Source: Deltaproteobacteria bacterium (GTDB taxonomy: Bacteria; Myxococcota_A; UBA9160; SMWR01). Taken from it: DNA of 64,000 bases. This document shows, piece after piece, positions 10,047 to 20,409 of this stretch (positions are counted from its first letter, which is position 1; every line of letters starts with the position of its first letter). Location: the NCBI GenBank assembly GCA_032128375.1, contig JAQBGU010000107.1:64001-128000 (forward strand), read 5' to 3'. The position numbers and the translations under genes were made by a program. Below the pieces are notes generated by a model, which saw only the letters and a program-made list of their open reading frames with translations, searched no databases and was not told the DNA's origin.

Positions 10047-10787
10047 TCACAGACGCCTTTTCCCCCATTCGACCGCTCGCCGCAGCAGCTCGCGATAGCT
10101 GGGATCCCCCCAGGAGCCGCGAACCACTTCCGCTACATCTTGAATGGGTTGCATATCATATTTCCCACAGCAGTGGCCCAATGTGATGTACAAGACTTCG
10201 CCATCGTCAACCGGGTGCGTATAAGCAACGAGCCTCGGTTCGTCGCTGGGCCATTCGTTCTCGATGTAGCCGGTGTGAAAGGTCCCTGTGTAACGTGTTT
10301 CGAGAAGCGGTTTGATTTCGCCGTAGTACTCGCACAGGTAAAGCTCGTCGGATGCCTCGAACGGCTCGATTCCCTTCACGAGCGGATGCTCCGGGTCCGA
10401 GACGGTGATCTGATAGGGCCCGATCGCTGGGTGGGAAATGAAACGACTCCCGAGCGTTTCCATGAACGTGTTGTGGGTCCGGGGGCAGAACATGCCTTCC
10501 GGTTTGAAGTCGAGAATCGCGTTCGTACCGTGCAGCGCGATCCAGCGGCCTCCAGCGGAAACGAAGTCCCGAAGTGCGTGCGCTTGTGGGTCGGTAGGTC
10601 GCAGGTCACAAGTGTAGGTGATGAGAAAGTCGGCCTTCGCGATTGCATCGACGTCGGAAAAGCTGTCGGCCACGCGCGTTCGGACTGCTTCGTCCTCGCC
10701 CAACAATTGGAGCAGTTCCAGGCGCGCGAAATCAGTGTCGTGGTATCTGGCGTTGGCAACCAAATAGGCGTGAATGAGTCCAGTCAT
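10047..10787 (-). CDS. ThuA domain-containing protein
   Basis: FVSAGGRWIALHG, HPLVKGI, DELY, YITLGH. Confidence 0.82.
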   Translation of the reverse strand: MTGLIHAYLVANARYHDTDFARLELLQLLGEDEAVRTRVADSFSDVDAIAKADFLITYTCDLRPTDPQAHALRDFVSAGGRWIALHGTNAILDFKPEGMFCPRTHNTFMETLGSRFISHPAIGPYQITVSDPEHPLVKGIEPFEASDELYLCEYYGEIKPLLETRYTGTFHTGYIENEWPSDEPRLVAYTHPVDDGEVLYITLGHCCGKYDMQPIQDVAEVVRGSWGDPSYRELLRRAVEWGKRRL

Positions 10788-10875
10788 GCGAACTCTCGAA
10801 TTCAATGCATCGCGAAGATTACACAACTGCGTCGCGGGCCAGCTGCCGGCTCAACGGGGACGAGTTCATCCTTGG

Positions 10876-10923
10876 TGGGTGAAAAGCTGGGTGAAAAGGT
10901 GGATGAAAAGCTGGATGAAAATT
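10876..10923. repeat. Tandem repeat 4 x TGG(G/A)TGAAAA(GC/GG/TT), 12 bp
   Basis: tgggtgaaaagc tgggtgaaaagg tggatgaaaagc tggatgaaaatt in the AKR-ThuA spacer. Confidence 0.9.
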
Positions 10924-10934
10924 GCAGTGCCTTG

Positions 10935-11966
10935 TCACGACCCCCCGGAAGAGAGCAGGTTCTCGACCGGCTGATACAATTCCTCCAGGTAGGCGATTGT
11001 CGCGTCATCGAGGTCGATCTCGGCCGCAGCCACGAGCTGATCGAGTTGCTCCACTTTCGATACGCCGACGATCGGCGCAGTGACTTCGGGTTTGCTGAGC
11101 AACCAGGCCACGGCGATCTGCGCAGGTGAGTGGCCGAATTTTTCGGCCACCTCGACGACCCGATCGGCGATATCGAAGTCGCGATCCCCTCGGTACAGGC
11201 TCTGTGTCCGTATGCGGTCCATCCCCTGCGAGCGGCGGGTCGTGCCCTGATCGAAGCCTCCCCGGTACGAACCCGCAAGGATTCCCCGCGCCAGCGGCGA
11301 CCACGGCGTAATCCCCACACCGCTCGTCTTGCAATACGGATTCATTTCCCGTTCTTCCTCACGGTAGATGAGGTTGTAGTGGTTCTGCATCGAGATGAAC
11401 TTTGTCCAGCCGTTGCTCTCGGCCGTCAGCTGTAGCTCGGCGAACTGCCAGGCGAACATCGAGGAAGCACCCAGGTACAATGCCTTGCCGGCTTTGACGA
11501 CATCGTGGAGCGCCTCGAGGGTCTCCTCGATGGGAGTCTGCACCTGGCCTGGGATCGCCTGCGGATGGCGGTGGATCACCAGGTGATCGACGTAGTCGTG
11601 ACCGAGCCGCTCGAGGCTGCGGTCGATGCCCTCCATGATGTGTTTGCGCGACAGCCCACCCTGGTTGGCTCCGCCTCCCATCGGCATCGCCAGCTTGGTC
11701 GCCAGCACGTACTCGTCACGAGAAAGCAGCTCGGACAGCAGCTTGCCCACTACCTCTTCGCTCGCGCCGACTCCGTAGATGTCGGCACAGTCGAAGTAGA
11801 ACACACCGTGCTCGATCGCAGCCTGAAAGATCGGCCGCGCATCCTCCACACCGAGCGTCCAATCGCCCTGGTGACCGCGACCCGGTTGTCCAAAATTCAT
11901 GGTTCCCAGACACAACGGCGACACCCGCAGCCCGCTGTTCATTCCGAGTGCAATGGGTTTGAGCAT
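10935..11966 (-). CDS. Aldo/keto reductase
   Basis: LCLGTMNFG, FDCADIYG, LATK, SMQNHYNLIYREEE, PWSPLARG; AGGAGG RBS before 11966. Confidence 0.95.
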   Translation of the reverse strand: MLKPIALGMNSGLRVSPLCLGTMNFGQPGRGHQGDWTLGVEDARPIFQAAIEHGVFYFDCADIYGVGASEEVVGKLLSELLSRDEYVLATKLAMPMGGGANQGGLSRKHIMEGIDRSLERLGHDYVDHLVIHRHPQAIPGQVQTPIEETLEALHDVVKAGKALYLGASSMFAWQFAELQLTAESNGWTKFISMQNHYNLIYREEEREMNPYCKTSGVGITPWSPLARGILAGSYRGGFDQGTTRRSQGMDRIRTQSLYRGDRDFDIADRVVEVAEKFGHSPAQIAVAWLLSKPEVTAPIVGVSKVEQLDQLVAAAEIDLDDATIAYLEELYQPVENLLSSGGS

Positions 11967-12132
11967 GGTACGCGTACCTCCTGAGCCCCTGTCATGGGAG
12001 CCCCAAGCAGCGAGAAGCAGTGTAGTCAGAACGATTGCAATCGGCAGACCCCGCTCATGCACCCACCGAAACCCATCAAGCGACGACAATACAACACGCC
12101 AGCAGCTCACACACAAATTCGCCCTCGCGTGA

Positions 12133-13074
12133 TCAGCGCAGGAGATACTGGACGATGTCTCGCGCGATCTCGCCGTACATCGGTCCCGTCGGGTGTGCGG
12201 CCCAGGTGAGTTCCTGCTGCTCTTCCGGGAGCCGCTTTACGGAGACCGATGAATTGATCAGCGGTACGTCATATCGCTCGCTCACGCGCTGCATCGCCCG
12301 GTTGGCCACCGCAAACCACTCGGCGTTGTAGGGGTAGGTGATCATCACAAACCTCGCGCGCGCACTGCGCGATTGCTCGACCATCAGCGCGTAGTCGCGC
12401 TCGGCCGACGCCTCCACCGTCTCGCGATTCGCCTCGAGGTCCACCTGCCCGGCCTCGCGATGATGGACAATGATCTCCTCGCGCCCCTCAGACCGCACCG
12501 TCCAGCGCTCGCTGTCCCCCAGGCCGTTTTCGACGGCGACGCGCTGGCGAACTTCCACGGCCTGTCCAGTCGCGACGATCCTGTCGAGCTCGCGGTCGTG
12601 AAACCAGACCCGAACGAAACGATACAAGCGTGAATAGGTCGCGAGGCCCTGGATGAGCGCGAGCAGCGAACCGGAATCTCGTTCCATCTCCGACGTGTTC
12701 CACGAGTTGTTGATGCCGGCCCAGACGATCACCACATCGGGGCGGTATCGGCTCAGCCAAACTGGCAGGCGGTTGCGCACTTGTCGGGTATTCATGCCCG
12801 GAACGCCGCGATTGATCACCGAGTACTTTCCCGGCTCGAGCCTCTCGAGTTGGGACTCGAGTTGGGCCGGATAGGCAAACTGCGGCGGGACGAAAGAACC
12901 GTAGGTGTGCGAATCCCCCACGCTGAGGATTTTCACCTCGGCCCCGGCACGCCACGCGCTGGAACGGTCTTCCGCGAATAGAGATACACCATGGAGTAAC
13001 GCTTCGATCAGTAGTATCGACAACAGCAGAATCCCGACGGCCCACGCCGACCACCGAGCGATCACGGGCATCAC
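12133..13074 (-). CDS. SGNH/GDSL hydrolase-family membrane-anchored protein
   Basis: N-terminal TM segment, VGDSHTYG, NRGVPG, GINN, C-terminal xxHP. Confidence 0.8.
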   Translation of the reverse strand: MMPVIARWSAWAVGILLLSILLIEALLHGVSLFAEDRSSAWRAGAEVKILSVGDSHTYGSFVPPQFAYPAQLESQLERLEPGKYSVINRGVPGMNTRQVRNRLPVWLSRYRPDVVIVWAGINNSWNTSEMERDSGSLLALIQGLATYSRLYRFVRVWFHDRELDRIVATGQAVEVRQRVAVENGLGDSERWTVRSEGREEIIVHHREAGQVDLEANRETVEASAERDYALMVEQSRSARARFVMITYPYNAEWFAVANRAMQRVSERYDVPLINSSVSVKRLPEEQQELTWAAHPTGPMYGEIARDIVQYLLR

Positions 13075-13076
13075 TG

Positions 13077-15095
13077 TCAGCGCCCTCGCAGAGCGCTACA
13101 AGCATCGTGATAGAAGGCGGGCACCGCCAGCGACAGGTGGGATCCGTCCAAGAGCAGTAGCCAGCGAGTCCCGACCCCCCACTGCAGAACCTCCCCCGTG
13201 CCGACCCCGTACGGGTGGCCGCGTGGCCCCTCGCAAGCTTTTCGCGAGGCGTTCTCACGTGAGTCACGCTCATCGTCGAGGAGTCCTTCGCTGTGTTGCA
13301 GCTCCGCCAGATTCAGCCAGGCCGGGACCATCTCAGGTGCGCCCTCGATCGCGGCGAGCAGATCTGCGATTGCACCGCTGCGGTCTCCGTTCAGCGCCCG
13401 CACGACACCGCGATTCGCTCGAAGCTCTGGGAGCGATTGCTCCCGGAGCACGCTGTCGAACCGATCGAGCGCCGCATCGAGCTTACCATCCAATGCAAGA
13501 GCCACAGCCAGTCGACCACTGCGATAGGGGTCGTCGATCCCCAGCGATCGCGCGATCGACTCAGCGCGCGCATACAGCGACCGCGCGCGACTAACGTTGC
13601 CAGCGGCCAGATCCACACCGGCCAACGCGTCGAGGAAGATCAACGGTTGGGGGTTCTGGCTGTAGTGCCCGTAAACCTGGCGGGCTTGGTCGTACTCGCC
13701 GAAGTAGAAGTGGACCGGGCCGGCCGCCGGCGAATCCGCCCGCTGCGGAAGACCAACACCCGGGATCGCGATCGCGCAGGCGCATGCGGCGATCGCATTC
13801 AATGCCAGCAATAGCCCCAGTGTCGCGCGGCGTGGCAGGCGATGCGCCAGCGATTCCACTGCCCGCGTCAAGAACGCAGCGAACGGAACAGACAACACCA
13901 GTAGATAGGACGACTTGAGCGATGGCCACGAAGGTGCCACCCAGGCGAACCCGGCAAACGCCGCCAGCGCCCCGGCTGTGAGAATCGCGAGCGGTACCGC
14001 AGCGTAGTTTCGCCGGCCCCGCCGGGCATCGCGCAAGCACAGCAACATGCCCGCAGCGGCGAGTCCTGTCGGCAGCAGCCCAGCGAGTGCGATGATCTGG
14101 GTCGAACCGCGCTGCGCAAGCTCGGCGTCCAACGCGCGACCGCGATCGGAGTCGCGGAAGTTATCGGCCCAGAAGTTCAGGTAGACGGTTCCCCAAACCG
14201 AGTGCAACAGGTGTGGGGATATCGGATTGGCATCGACGAACGTTCGAGGTGACACGAACACGTAATCTCGCAGGGTGCGAAAACCCGGGGGCTGGTCACT
14301 CTCGACCGCGGATACCAGAGCGTAGGGCCGACTCATCGCGATCGGGTTGCCAAGGGTCACCCAGTTGCGCGCGAAATAGGGCCCGGAAATAGCGAACGCG
14401 ACGCCGGCGATCACGGCTATTCGCAGCGACAAGCGGCCCGCCGCGCGAGGCTCACCCAGCGCGCGCACGCCCAGCGTCACGACGATCGCCAGCAGCGGAA
14501 TGGCTGCATTGAATTTGACAAGCAGCGCCATTCCCAATAGCGCGCCGGTCGTTGCATCGCGCCGCCAACTCGGGCGGGCTCGCGCCTCGCCGAGGATGAA
14601 CCAGACCATCGCCGCAGAGGCCAGGAACGTGAGCGTCATCTCGTTGCCGGGCATCGGACTCATGAAGAGTTGCGCGGGCAGGAAGGCGACGGATCCGAAG
14701 GCCACCAGCGCCAGCCAGCGGGGCTGTGGCATGACTCGCCGAACGAGAACCGCCGCCAACATGGCTGTGAGAAGGCTCATGGCGCTGCCCAACAGCGAGA
14801 GTCCACGCATCAGCACTTCGCCGCTGCCGAACTGCGCGAGCAGCCAACCCAAGGCGTAGTGGAGTGGCGGGTGGAAGTACGACCAACCTTGATCGGCCCA
14901 CGGGACGGCACCATAAATGTCGAGGAAGATCACGTAGGCGACGTGAGCCCACGAGTCGTAGCCCCACATCAGTGGCCCAGCCAGCGCGTTCCAGATGCGC
15001 ACGGAAATCGCTGCCGCCAGCACAAGCGCCCAGGCAGCATGGTAGATGGAGCGTCGTGCCAGCCCGGTGCGGCCACGGTCCACACTAGCCGACAT
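13077..15095 (-). CDS. GT-C (ArnT/PMT-like) glycosyltransferase with C-terminal TPR-like repeats, paralogue B
   Basis: Multi-TM; WGYD, YFHPPLHY, ALLVKF, PYFARN; Ala-rich TPR-like helices in the C-terminal third. Confidence 0.75.
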   Translation of the reverse strand: MSASVDRGRTGLARRSIYHAAWALVLAAAISVRIWNALAGPLMWGYDSWAHVAYVIFLDIYGAVPWADQGWSYFHPPLHYALGWLLAQFGSGEVLMRGLSLLGSAMSLLTAMLAAVLVRRVMPQPRWLALVAFGSVAFLPAQLFMSPMPGNEMTLTFLASAAMVWFILGEARARPSWRRDATTGALLGMALLVKFNAAIPLLAIVVTLGVRALGEPRAAGRLSLRIAVIAGVAFAISGPYFARNWVTLGNPIAMSRPYALVSAVESDQPPGFRTLRDYVFVSPRTFVDANPISPHLLHSVWGTVYLNFWADNFRDSDRGRALDAELAQRGSTQIIALAGLLPTGLAAAGMLLCLRDARRGRRNYAAVPLAILTAGALAAFAGFAWVAPSWPSLKSSYLLVLSVPFAAFLTRAVESLAHRLPRRATLGLLLALNAIAACACAIAIPGVGLPQRADSPAAGPVHFYFGEYDQARQVYGHYSQNPQPLIFLDALAGVDLAAGNVSRARSLYARAESIARSLGIDDPYRSGRLAVALALDGKLDAALDRFDSVLREQSLPELRANRGVVRALNGDRSGAIADLLAAIEGAPEMVPAWLNLAELQHSEGLLDDERDSRENASRKACEGPRGHPYGVGTGEVLQWGVGTRWLLLLDGSHLSLAVPAFYHDACSALRGR

Positions 15096-17226
15096 GGTTC
15101 ATGGCCCCTCGTCGCGCGCGCATCGCGTGTGCCGCAGGTTCATGGCCCGCCGAGCCGGAGCCAAGCGGAGCCAGTGAATCGACGCGTCGCCGTGCTGTTG
15201 GCCGAAGGCGCAACAGGATGGTCTTCGCTGCTTCTTCTCGCATCACTTCACAGGCACTTCGATAGAACTCCGGGAGCGCGGCGACCAGCCCGTCATTGTC
15301 CATCAGCAGCAACGTTCGGCGTCCGACGCCCCATTCGAGAATCTCGCCCGTACCGAGCCCGTAGGGGTAACCGGTAGGCGACGTACAGGCGGCATGTTTT
15401 GCGCTTTGCATCGCGAGTTCCGCTTCGGGCGCACGGCCAGCTCGCGCCAACACGACCGCGAGGTTCCGCCATGCGGGCGTCATTTCCGGCGCCAGTTCGA
15501 GCGCATTACGCAGGTCCAACTCCGCGTTCGTGTCGTCGCGAAGCGCTGCAGCGACGGCGCCGCGATTGGCCAGCAGCTCCGCGATCGATTCATTTTCCAA
15601 CGCGCTATCCAATTCGGCGCGCGCCGCCTCGAGGTCCCCTCCGACCGCCATTGCGACCGCGAGCCGTCCCATTCGACGTGGGTCATTCCGATTCTGTTGC
15701 CGGGCCAACTTGACGGCGCGTTCGGAAAGCGCCCGGGCGCGTGCCGTCCGACCTTCTGCCAGTTCGACTGCGGCCAGGTTCTCGAGCCATGGAACCGCGT
15801 ATCCGGCACCTGCGACCAGCGGAGCGTAGATCCGGCGCGCCGCCTGATACTCGGCGAAGTAGAAGTGCAGAGCCCCGGTCGCCGGCGCATCGTGTCGCCG
15901 CGGCAGCACGATTCCAATCGTCTCGACCACAGACCCCGCGAGCGACACGAACACCAGCGCGACAGGCGCTGCGACACGCTGCCAGCGCGCATTGCGATTC
16001 GCCAGATATTCGACCGCCCGAGCCAGAAAGACCGCGTAGGGTACCGAGAGTGTCAGCAGATAGGAGGACCGCACCGCCGGCCAGCTGGGCACGATCCACG
16101 TAAACAAGCCGAACGCCCCGAGCGCTGCGCCCGTGAGCAGTAGCAGCACGGGATACGCGTCGCAGCGGCGTCCGCGCGCGACGTCGCGCACGGCGAGACT
16201 GACACCAAAAAGGGTCAGTAGCGTCGGAATGACCCCGAGCCTCACCATCCACGCCATCGGGCGCCGCTCGCTCCGCTTCTGCTCCGGCGTGAGCACGGAG
16301 TCCGACTCCCGGAGCGTATCCGCCCAGATGCTGATGTACATCGAGCCCCAGATCGAGTGGATCATGTGGGCGGCCATCGGATCCGGGTCTACGAACATTC
16401 GCGGCGAAACCGACACGTAGTCCCGCCAGCTGCGAACGCCCGGCGGCTGCCCTGCCTCGAGATCCTTCACGAGCGGGAAGGTTCTGCTCATTTGGAATGG
16501 CGTCCCGAAGGTCTGCAAATTGCGCGCGTAGTAGGGCGCGCATACCGCCAGTGCAGTGAAGACCACGACTGCGCCTCGAATGCAAGTGCGCGAGAATTCC
16601 GCGCGCGCCCGAAAAATCGGACGCACCGCCAGAGCCGCAAGGACTGCGGCAAGTGGAATCACGCCGCTGAACTTCGCGAGGAGCGCCAGCCCCACCAACG
16701 CACCGACACAAGCGTCACCCAAGAGCGTCGGCACTTCCCGGCGCTCGTTGGTGATAAAGACCACGATCGCGGCGGCACTCAGAAAACAGAACGTGAGTTC
16801 GTTTGTGGGCATTGCACTCACCACCAGGTGGACCGGCAGCTGAGACACCGCGGTGAAGCCGAGCAATGCCAACCAGGGTCGCTGTGGAGTGAGGCGATGT
16901 ATGACGGTCGCCGCCAGAGCCGCCGTCCCGAGGCTCGCCAGGCTCGACAAGACGAGCAGCCCCCGCGCAAGGAATTCGCCACTTCGGGCCTGGGCGAATA
17001 GCCAACCCAGCGCGTAGTGAAGTGGTGGGTGGAAGTACGACCAGCCCTGATCGGCCCACGGGATGCCCCGGTAGAGATCCAGGAACAACACGTAGGCGAC
17101 ATGGGCCCAGGCGTCGTAACCCCACAGCAGCGGCCCCGTCAGCGCGTTCCAGGCGCGCACCCCTACCGCGACCGCGATCGCGACGGTCCATCCGAAGGCC
17201 AGGGCACGGCGAGCGCTCACAGCCAT
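15085..17226 (-). CDS. GT-C (ArnT/PMT-like) glycosyltransferase with C-terminal TPR-like repeats, paralogue A
   Basis: Same architecture and motifs as the adjacent gene (WADQGWSYFHPPLHYALGW identical in both). Confidence 0.75.
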   Translation of the reverse strand: MAVSARRALAFGWTVAIAVAVGVRAWNALTGPLLWGYDAWAHVAYVLFLDLYRGIPWADQGWSYFHPPLHYALGWLFAQARSGEFLARGLLVLSSLASLGTAALAATVIHRLTPQRPWLALLGFTAVSQLPVHLVVSAMPTNELTFCFLSAAAIVVFITNERREVPTLLGDACVGALVGLALLAKFSGVIPLAAVLAALAVRPIFRARAEFSRTCIRGAVVVFTALAVCAPYYARNLQTFGTPFQMSRTFPLVKDLEAGQPPGVRSWRDYVSVSPRMFVDPDPMAAHMIHSIWGSMYISIWADTLRESDSVLTPEQKRSERRPMAWMVRLGVIPTLLTLFGVSLAVRDVARGRRCDAYPVLLLLTGAALGAFGLFTWIVPSWPAVRSSYLLTLSVPYAVFLARAVEYLANRNARWQRVAAPVALVFVSLAGSVVETIGIVLPRRHDAPATGALHFYFAEYQAARRIYAPLVAGAGYAVPWLENLAAVELAEGRTARARALSERAVKLARQQNRNDPRRMGRLAVAMAVGGDLEAARAELDSALENESIAELLANRGAVAAALRDDTNAELDLRNALELAPEMTPAWRNLAVVLARAGRAPEAELAMQSAKHAACTSPTGYPYGLGTGEILEWGVGRRTLLLMDNDGLVAALPEFYRSACEVMREEAAKTILLRLRPTARRRVDSLAPLGSGSAGHEPAAHAMRARRGAMNHVG

Positions 17227-17374
17227 ATCATGGCGGTCCGAACAGGTCGCGCCAGCCCCGGATCACGATCGTCTGGGACCGCACTCGCGAAGCGGCTATC
17301 GCTCGATTGCAAACGGAACCGGTCATGCAACCGCTTCGGACTCAGTCATCTCTGGAGCGGAAGGCGGGGCGGCC

Positions 17375-19012
17375 TCAGGGCCGATTGACCCGATTCACCT
17401 GTCCTACCCGAGCGCCTGCGGTGCGCCCGTAGGCAAGCGCGAAGTCCGTCTCCATCAGTCGTTGGTAACCTGTGATTGTGTCATTTCGGGCGTCTTGATA
17501 GAAGCGGCGCACGCGTGTGGCTTGCTTCGCATCGGTGCTTTTCCCGACCGAGGCGGGGTCCGCGAACCAGTCCATCTGCGAACGCTTGAGGAGGATCAGG
17601 TCCGGGTTCGACTCCGTGATATCGGCGTGCTCGGTACTGTGCCAGCGCATGTGAATCTGGAAGCGCCGTTGTGGGGCAACGTAGAGGGTGTGGTCGCGAA
17701 AGATCCGCAGCGAGGTGTCAGGTGAAATCCCGGCGAGCACCTCGCGCTCGAATTGCTCCCAGAAGGCGAATGCCGGGTGATTCTGTTCGCGGTAGAGCAC
17801 CGCGCTGTAGCGGCGCACGTCTTCTTGGAGGTGAAACACGAGCTGAAGGCCGAGCAACGCAGCCATCGCCACGCCAGCTAGCCGCGGGAGCCTGGATTCA
17901 GTTCGGCCCCGAAGCGCGTCCCACAGCAGCGGGCTGCCCGCGCACGATGCGAGCGGTACGAGCACACTCAGCAGGTAGCGCTCGCGCTGGAGGCCAACGT
18001 GGATGACGAAGAAGATCGAAATCGGGATCCCCCAGGCGAGGACCATAGCCGCGAGGTCGCGATGCTCTTCGCGTTGCGAACGGCGCGCCGTCACGGCACA
18101 CGAAGTGACCAGCGCGGCCCATGTCGCGATCCATCCGTAGCCCGACCGCAGTAATCCGAGCCAAGGGCCGACGCCGAGTTCACCCCGGGTGAACCATCCT
18201 GCGTGTGTATCGCGCGCGAGCGACGCGATTGCGGCGATCGTCTCCTCCCACTCGCTCGGCAGAAACCAGTGGGGACTGCCGGCCAGAATGGCAAGTGCCA
18301 TCACGCAAACGAATCCGGCACCGGCGCGCGCGAGCTTCGGCATCGAGTGCTTGTCGCGGGCACGGAACAGATGGAGCGCCACTGCCGCAAAGAACCACAC
18401 GCCGATCGTTTTGGTGGCTGTCGCGAGTCCACAAGCCAATGCAGCAGCGAAGAACCACGGACCCAGACGACTTCGATCGAGAGACAACGCGCCGATCGTG
18501 CACACGACAAACAGCAGGAGTAACGCGTCCGGGTGCCACCACAGGTTGTTGTCTACGACAGCGGGCAGTGTCGCAAGGAAGACGAACAGCGCGATCATCT
18601 GCGGCGTCGAGCGCAACCGGGTCCACAACGCGACCAGGATCGCGATCGCGAGCGCCGTAAACAGGGGGCTCAGCTCGCGCAACGCCATCGCACCGGCGGT
18701 CGTCAGCCCTGGCTCCGCCGCAGCAACATAAATCGCGCGCAGGGGCCAGAAGACTGCGGCACTCACGGCGAAGAACGGAAAACCGTACCAGTAGTAGTCG
18801 TACGCGATGATCCCGAAGACGGATTCGGTCAACGAAGGGCTTGGGCTGGTCATCTTCCACAGCGCGCGGAACTGAGAGAACTCGTCGAGATTGAATACGC
18901 CGAGCATATTCACATCGCCGGCGCCGGTGAGGTTCGCGGGCACGAAAGCCAGCGTGTAGGCGACGCACAGCGCCGCCAGCACGAGGGACCGCCGCTTCTG
19001 ATCCTGGGACAA
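17375..19012 (-). CDS. GT-C-like polytopic membrane protein
   Basis: Multi-TM; NLDE in the first loop, YWYG, HPD, LATATK, ERYLL, features typical of GT-C proteins. Confidence 0.6.
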   Translation of the reverse strand: MSQDQKRRSLVLAALCVAYTLAFVPANLTGAGDVNMLGVFNLDEFSQFRALWKMTSPSPSLTESVFGIIAYDYYWYGFPFFAVSAAVFWPLRAIYVAAAEPGLTTAGAMALRELSPLFTALAIAILVALWTRLRSTPQMIALFVFLATLPAVVDNNLWWHPDALLLLFVVCTIGALSLDRSRLGPWFFAAALACGLATATKTIGVWFFAAVALHLFRARDKHSMPKLARAGAGFVCVMALAILAGSPHWFLPSEWEETIAAIASLARDTHAGWFTRGELGVGPWLGLLRSGYGWIATWAALVTSCAVTARRSQREEHRDLAAMVLAWGIPISIFFVIHVGLQRERYLLSVLVPLASCAGSPLLWDALRGRTESRLPRLAGVAMAALLGLQLVFHLQEDVRRYSAVLYREQNHPAFAFWEQFEREVLAGISPDTSLRIFRDHTLYVAPQRRFQIHMRWHSTEHADITESNPDLILLKRSQMDWFADPASVGKSTDAKQATRVRRFYQDARNDTITGYQRLMETDFALAYGRTAGARVGQVNRVNRP

Positions 19013-19066
19013 GCCGGTCTCCAGCGGGGGGCTGGGCTCGCCGGAACTATCGGCCTCGCCGGCGCC

Positions 19067-19096
19067 GAGCTGTAGTGAGCTGTACTGAGCTCAAGT
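19067..19096. repeat. Tandem repeat 3 x 10 bp, GAGCTGTAGT-like
   Basis: gagctgtagt gagctgtact gagctcaagt immediately after the stop of the PLP enzyme. Confidence 0.75.
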
Positions 19097-19097
19097 G

Positions 19098-20351
19098 TCA
19101 GGCGTAGCGCGCCTCGGTCGAATCAGCGCCGCCGCGCCCATCGCGGACTTGTTTTACCGCCTCTTCGAGATCTGCGAGGTACTGGTCTGCGACCTCCGCG
19201 TGCGAGGGCGACAGCATCAGATGGATCCCACGGGGTTCGGTGACCAGACCGGTGAACCATCCCTTCCTCTTCAGTTCCGCCCACACGGAGAAGATCGGCA
19301 ATGCGTCGGTATCGGACCCGTATGCGAACAGCCCCAGCTGCGGGTCACCGAGCGTCCTCAGACCCGATATCCCATTGATCGACGCCATCATGTGTTGTCG
19401 CGTGTCGGTCACGAGCTTCGCCTTCTGGCGGTATCCCTCCACACCGAGATAGTGCATCACCGCCCACGCGGCCGCGATCGCCCCGCCAGGGCGGGTCCCA
19501 GCCGCTGTTGGCGTCGTCATCAAACCGGCGGGCCAATCGTCGCAACTGAACAGTTGGAACGCGCGCTGTTCTTCGGTCCGATGGAATACTGTGGATGCGC
19601 CCTTCGCCGCGTAACCATATTTGTGCAAGTCGGCGGACATCGACGCTACGCCGGGCAACTCGAAATCGAACGGCGGAACATCGATTCCGTTCATGCGTGC
19701 AAACGGCGCGAAGTAACCACCGACGCACGCGTCTACGTGCAACCACACATCGCGTTCGAGAGCGATCTCGGAAAGTTCTTCGATCGGGTCGATCAAGCCG
19801 AACGGAAAGCACGGCGCAGACCCGACCAGCATCAGTGTGCGGTCACCAATCGCGTCTGCCATTGCGCGCGTGTCCGCGCGCAAGTCTGCAGCGACCGGCA
19901 CCCGAACCATCTCCAAGCCGAGGTAGTGGGCGGCCTTGTCGAACGCGAGGTGGGCCGTGCGCGGGACGACGATCTGTGCGCCTTGGGTATCCACGCCGCG
20001 TGCCCGCGCCTGGTCGCGACAGGCTTTGACGGCCATCAGGATGCTCTCGGTACCGCCGGACGTCATATTTCCGCAGGTTTGCTCGCCTCCGTGCAACAGG
20101 CCTTTGCCCATCGAGATCACGTCGGCTTCCATCTGGCGCAAGCTGGGGAAGGCCGCCGGGCCGAGCGCGTTTTCGGACTGATAGAGCGCATACGCATCTT
20201 TCGCGACCTGGAGCACATCGTCGCCCGGGTGAAAGACATAAACCGCCGTCCGTCCGCTGCGCCAATCCGCATCGTCGCGCCCCAGTTCGAGCATCTGCTG
20301 TCGAATCGAATCCCAGGCGCTGCCTTTTTCCGGGAGCTGTTTGGCGACCAT
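19098..20351 (-). CDS. PLP-dependent group II decarboxylase family, sphingosine-1-phosphate-lyase-like
   Basis: TSGGTESILMAVKACRD, GSAPCFPFGLIDPIE, LHVDACVGG, SADLHKYGYAAKGAS, GTRPGG. Confidence 0.88.
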   Translation of the reverse strand: MVAKQLPEKGSAWDSIRQQMLELGRDDADWRSGRTAVYVFHPGDDVLQVAKDAYALYQSENALGPAAFPSLRQMEADVISMGKGLLHGGEQTCGNMTSGGTESILMAVKACRDQARARGVDTQGAQIVVPRTAHLAFDKAAHYLGLEMVRVPVAADLRADTRAMADAIGDRTLMLVGSAPCFPFGLIDPIEELSEIALERDVWLHVDACVGGYFAPFARMNGIDVPPFDFELPGVASMSADLHKYGYAAKGASTVFHRTEEQRAFQLFSCDDWPAGLMTTPTAAGTRPGGAIAAAWAVMHYLGVEGYRQKAKLVTDTRQHMMASINGISGLRTLGDPQLGLFAYGSDTDALPIFSVWAELKRKGWFTGLVTEPRGIHLMLSPSHAEVADQYLADLEEAVKQVRDGRGGADSTEARYA

Positions 20352-20409
20352 CGATGTCTTCCTCCGGCTGTGTGCCCCAGCGTATCACGGTGCTAGAACT
20401 CCGTGTGCG

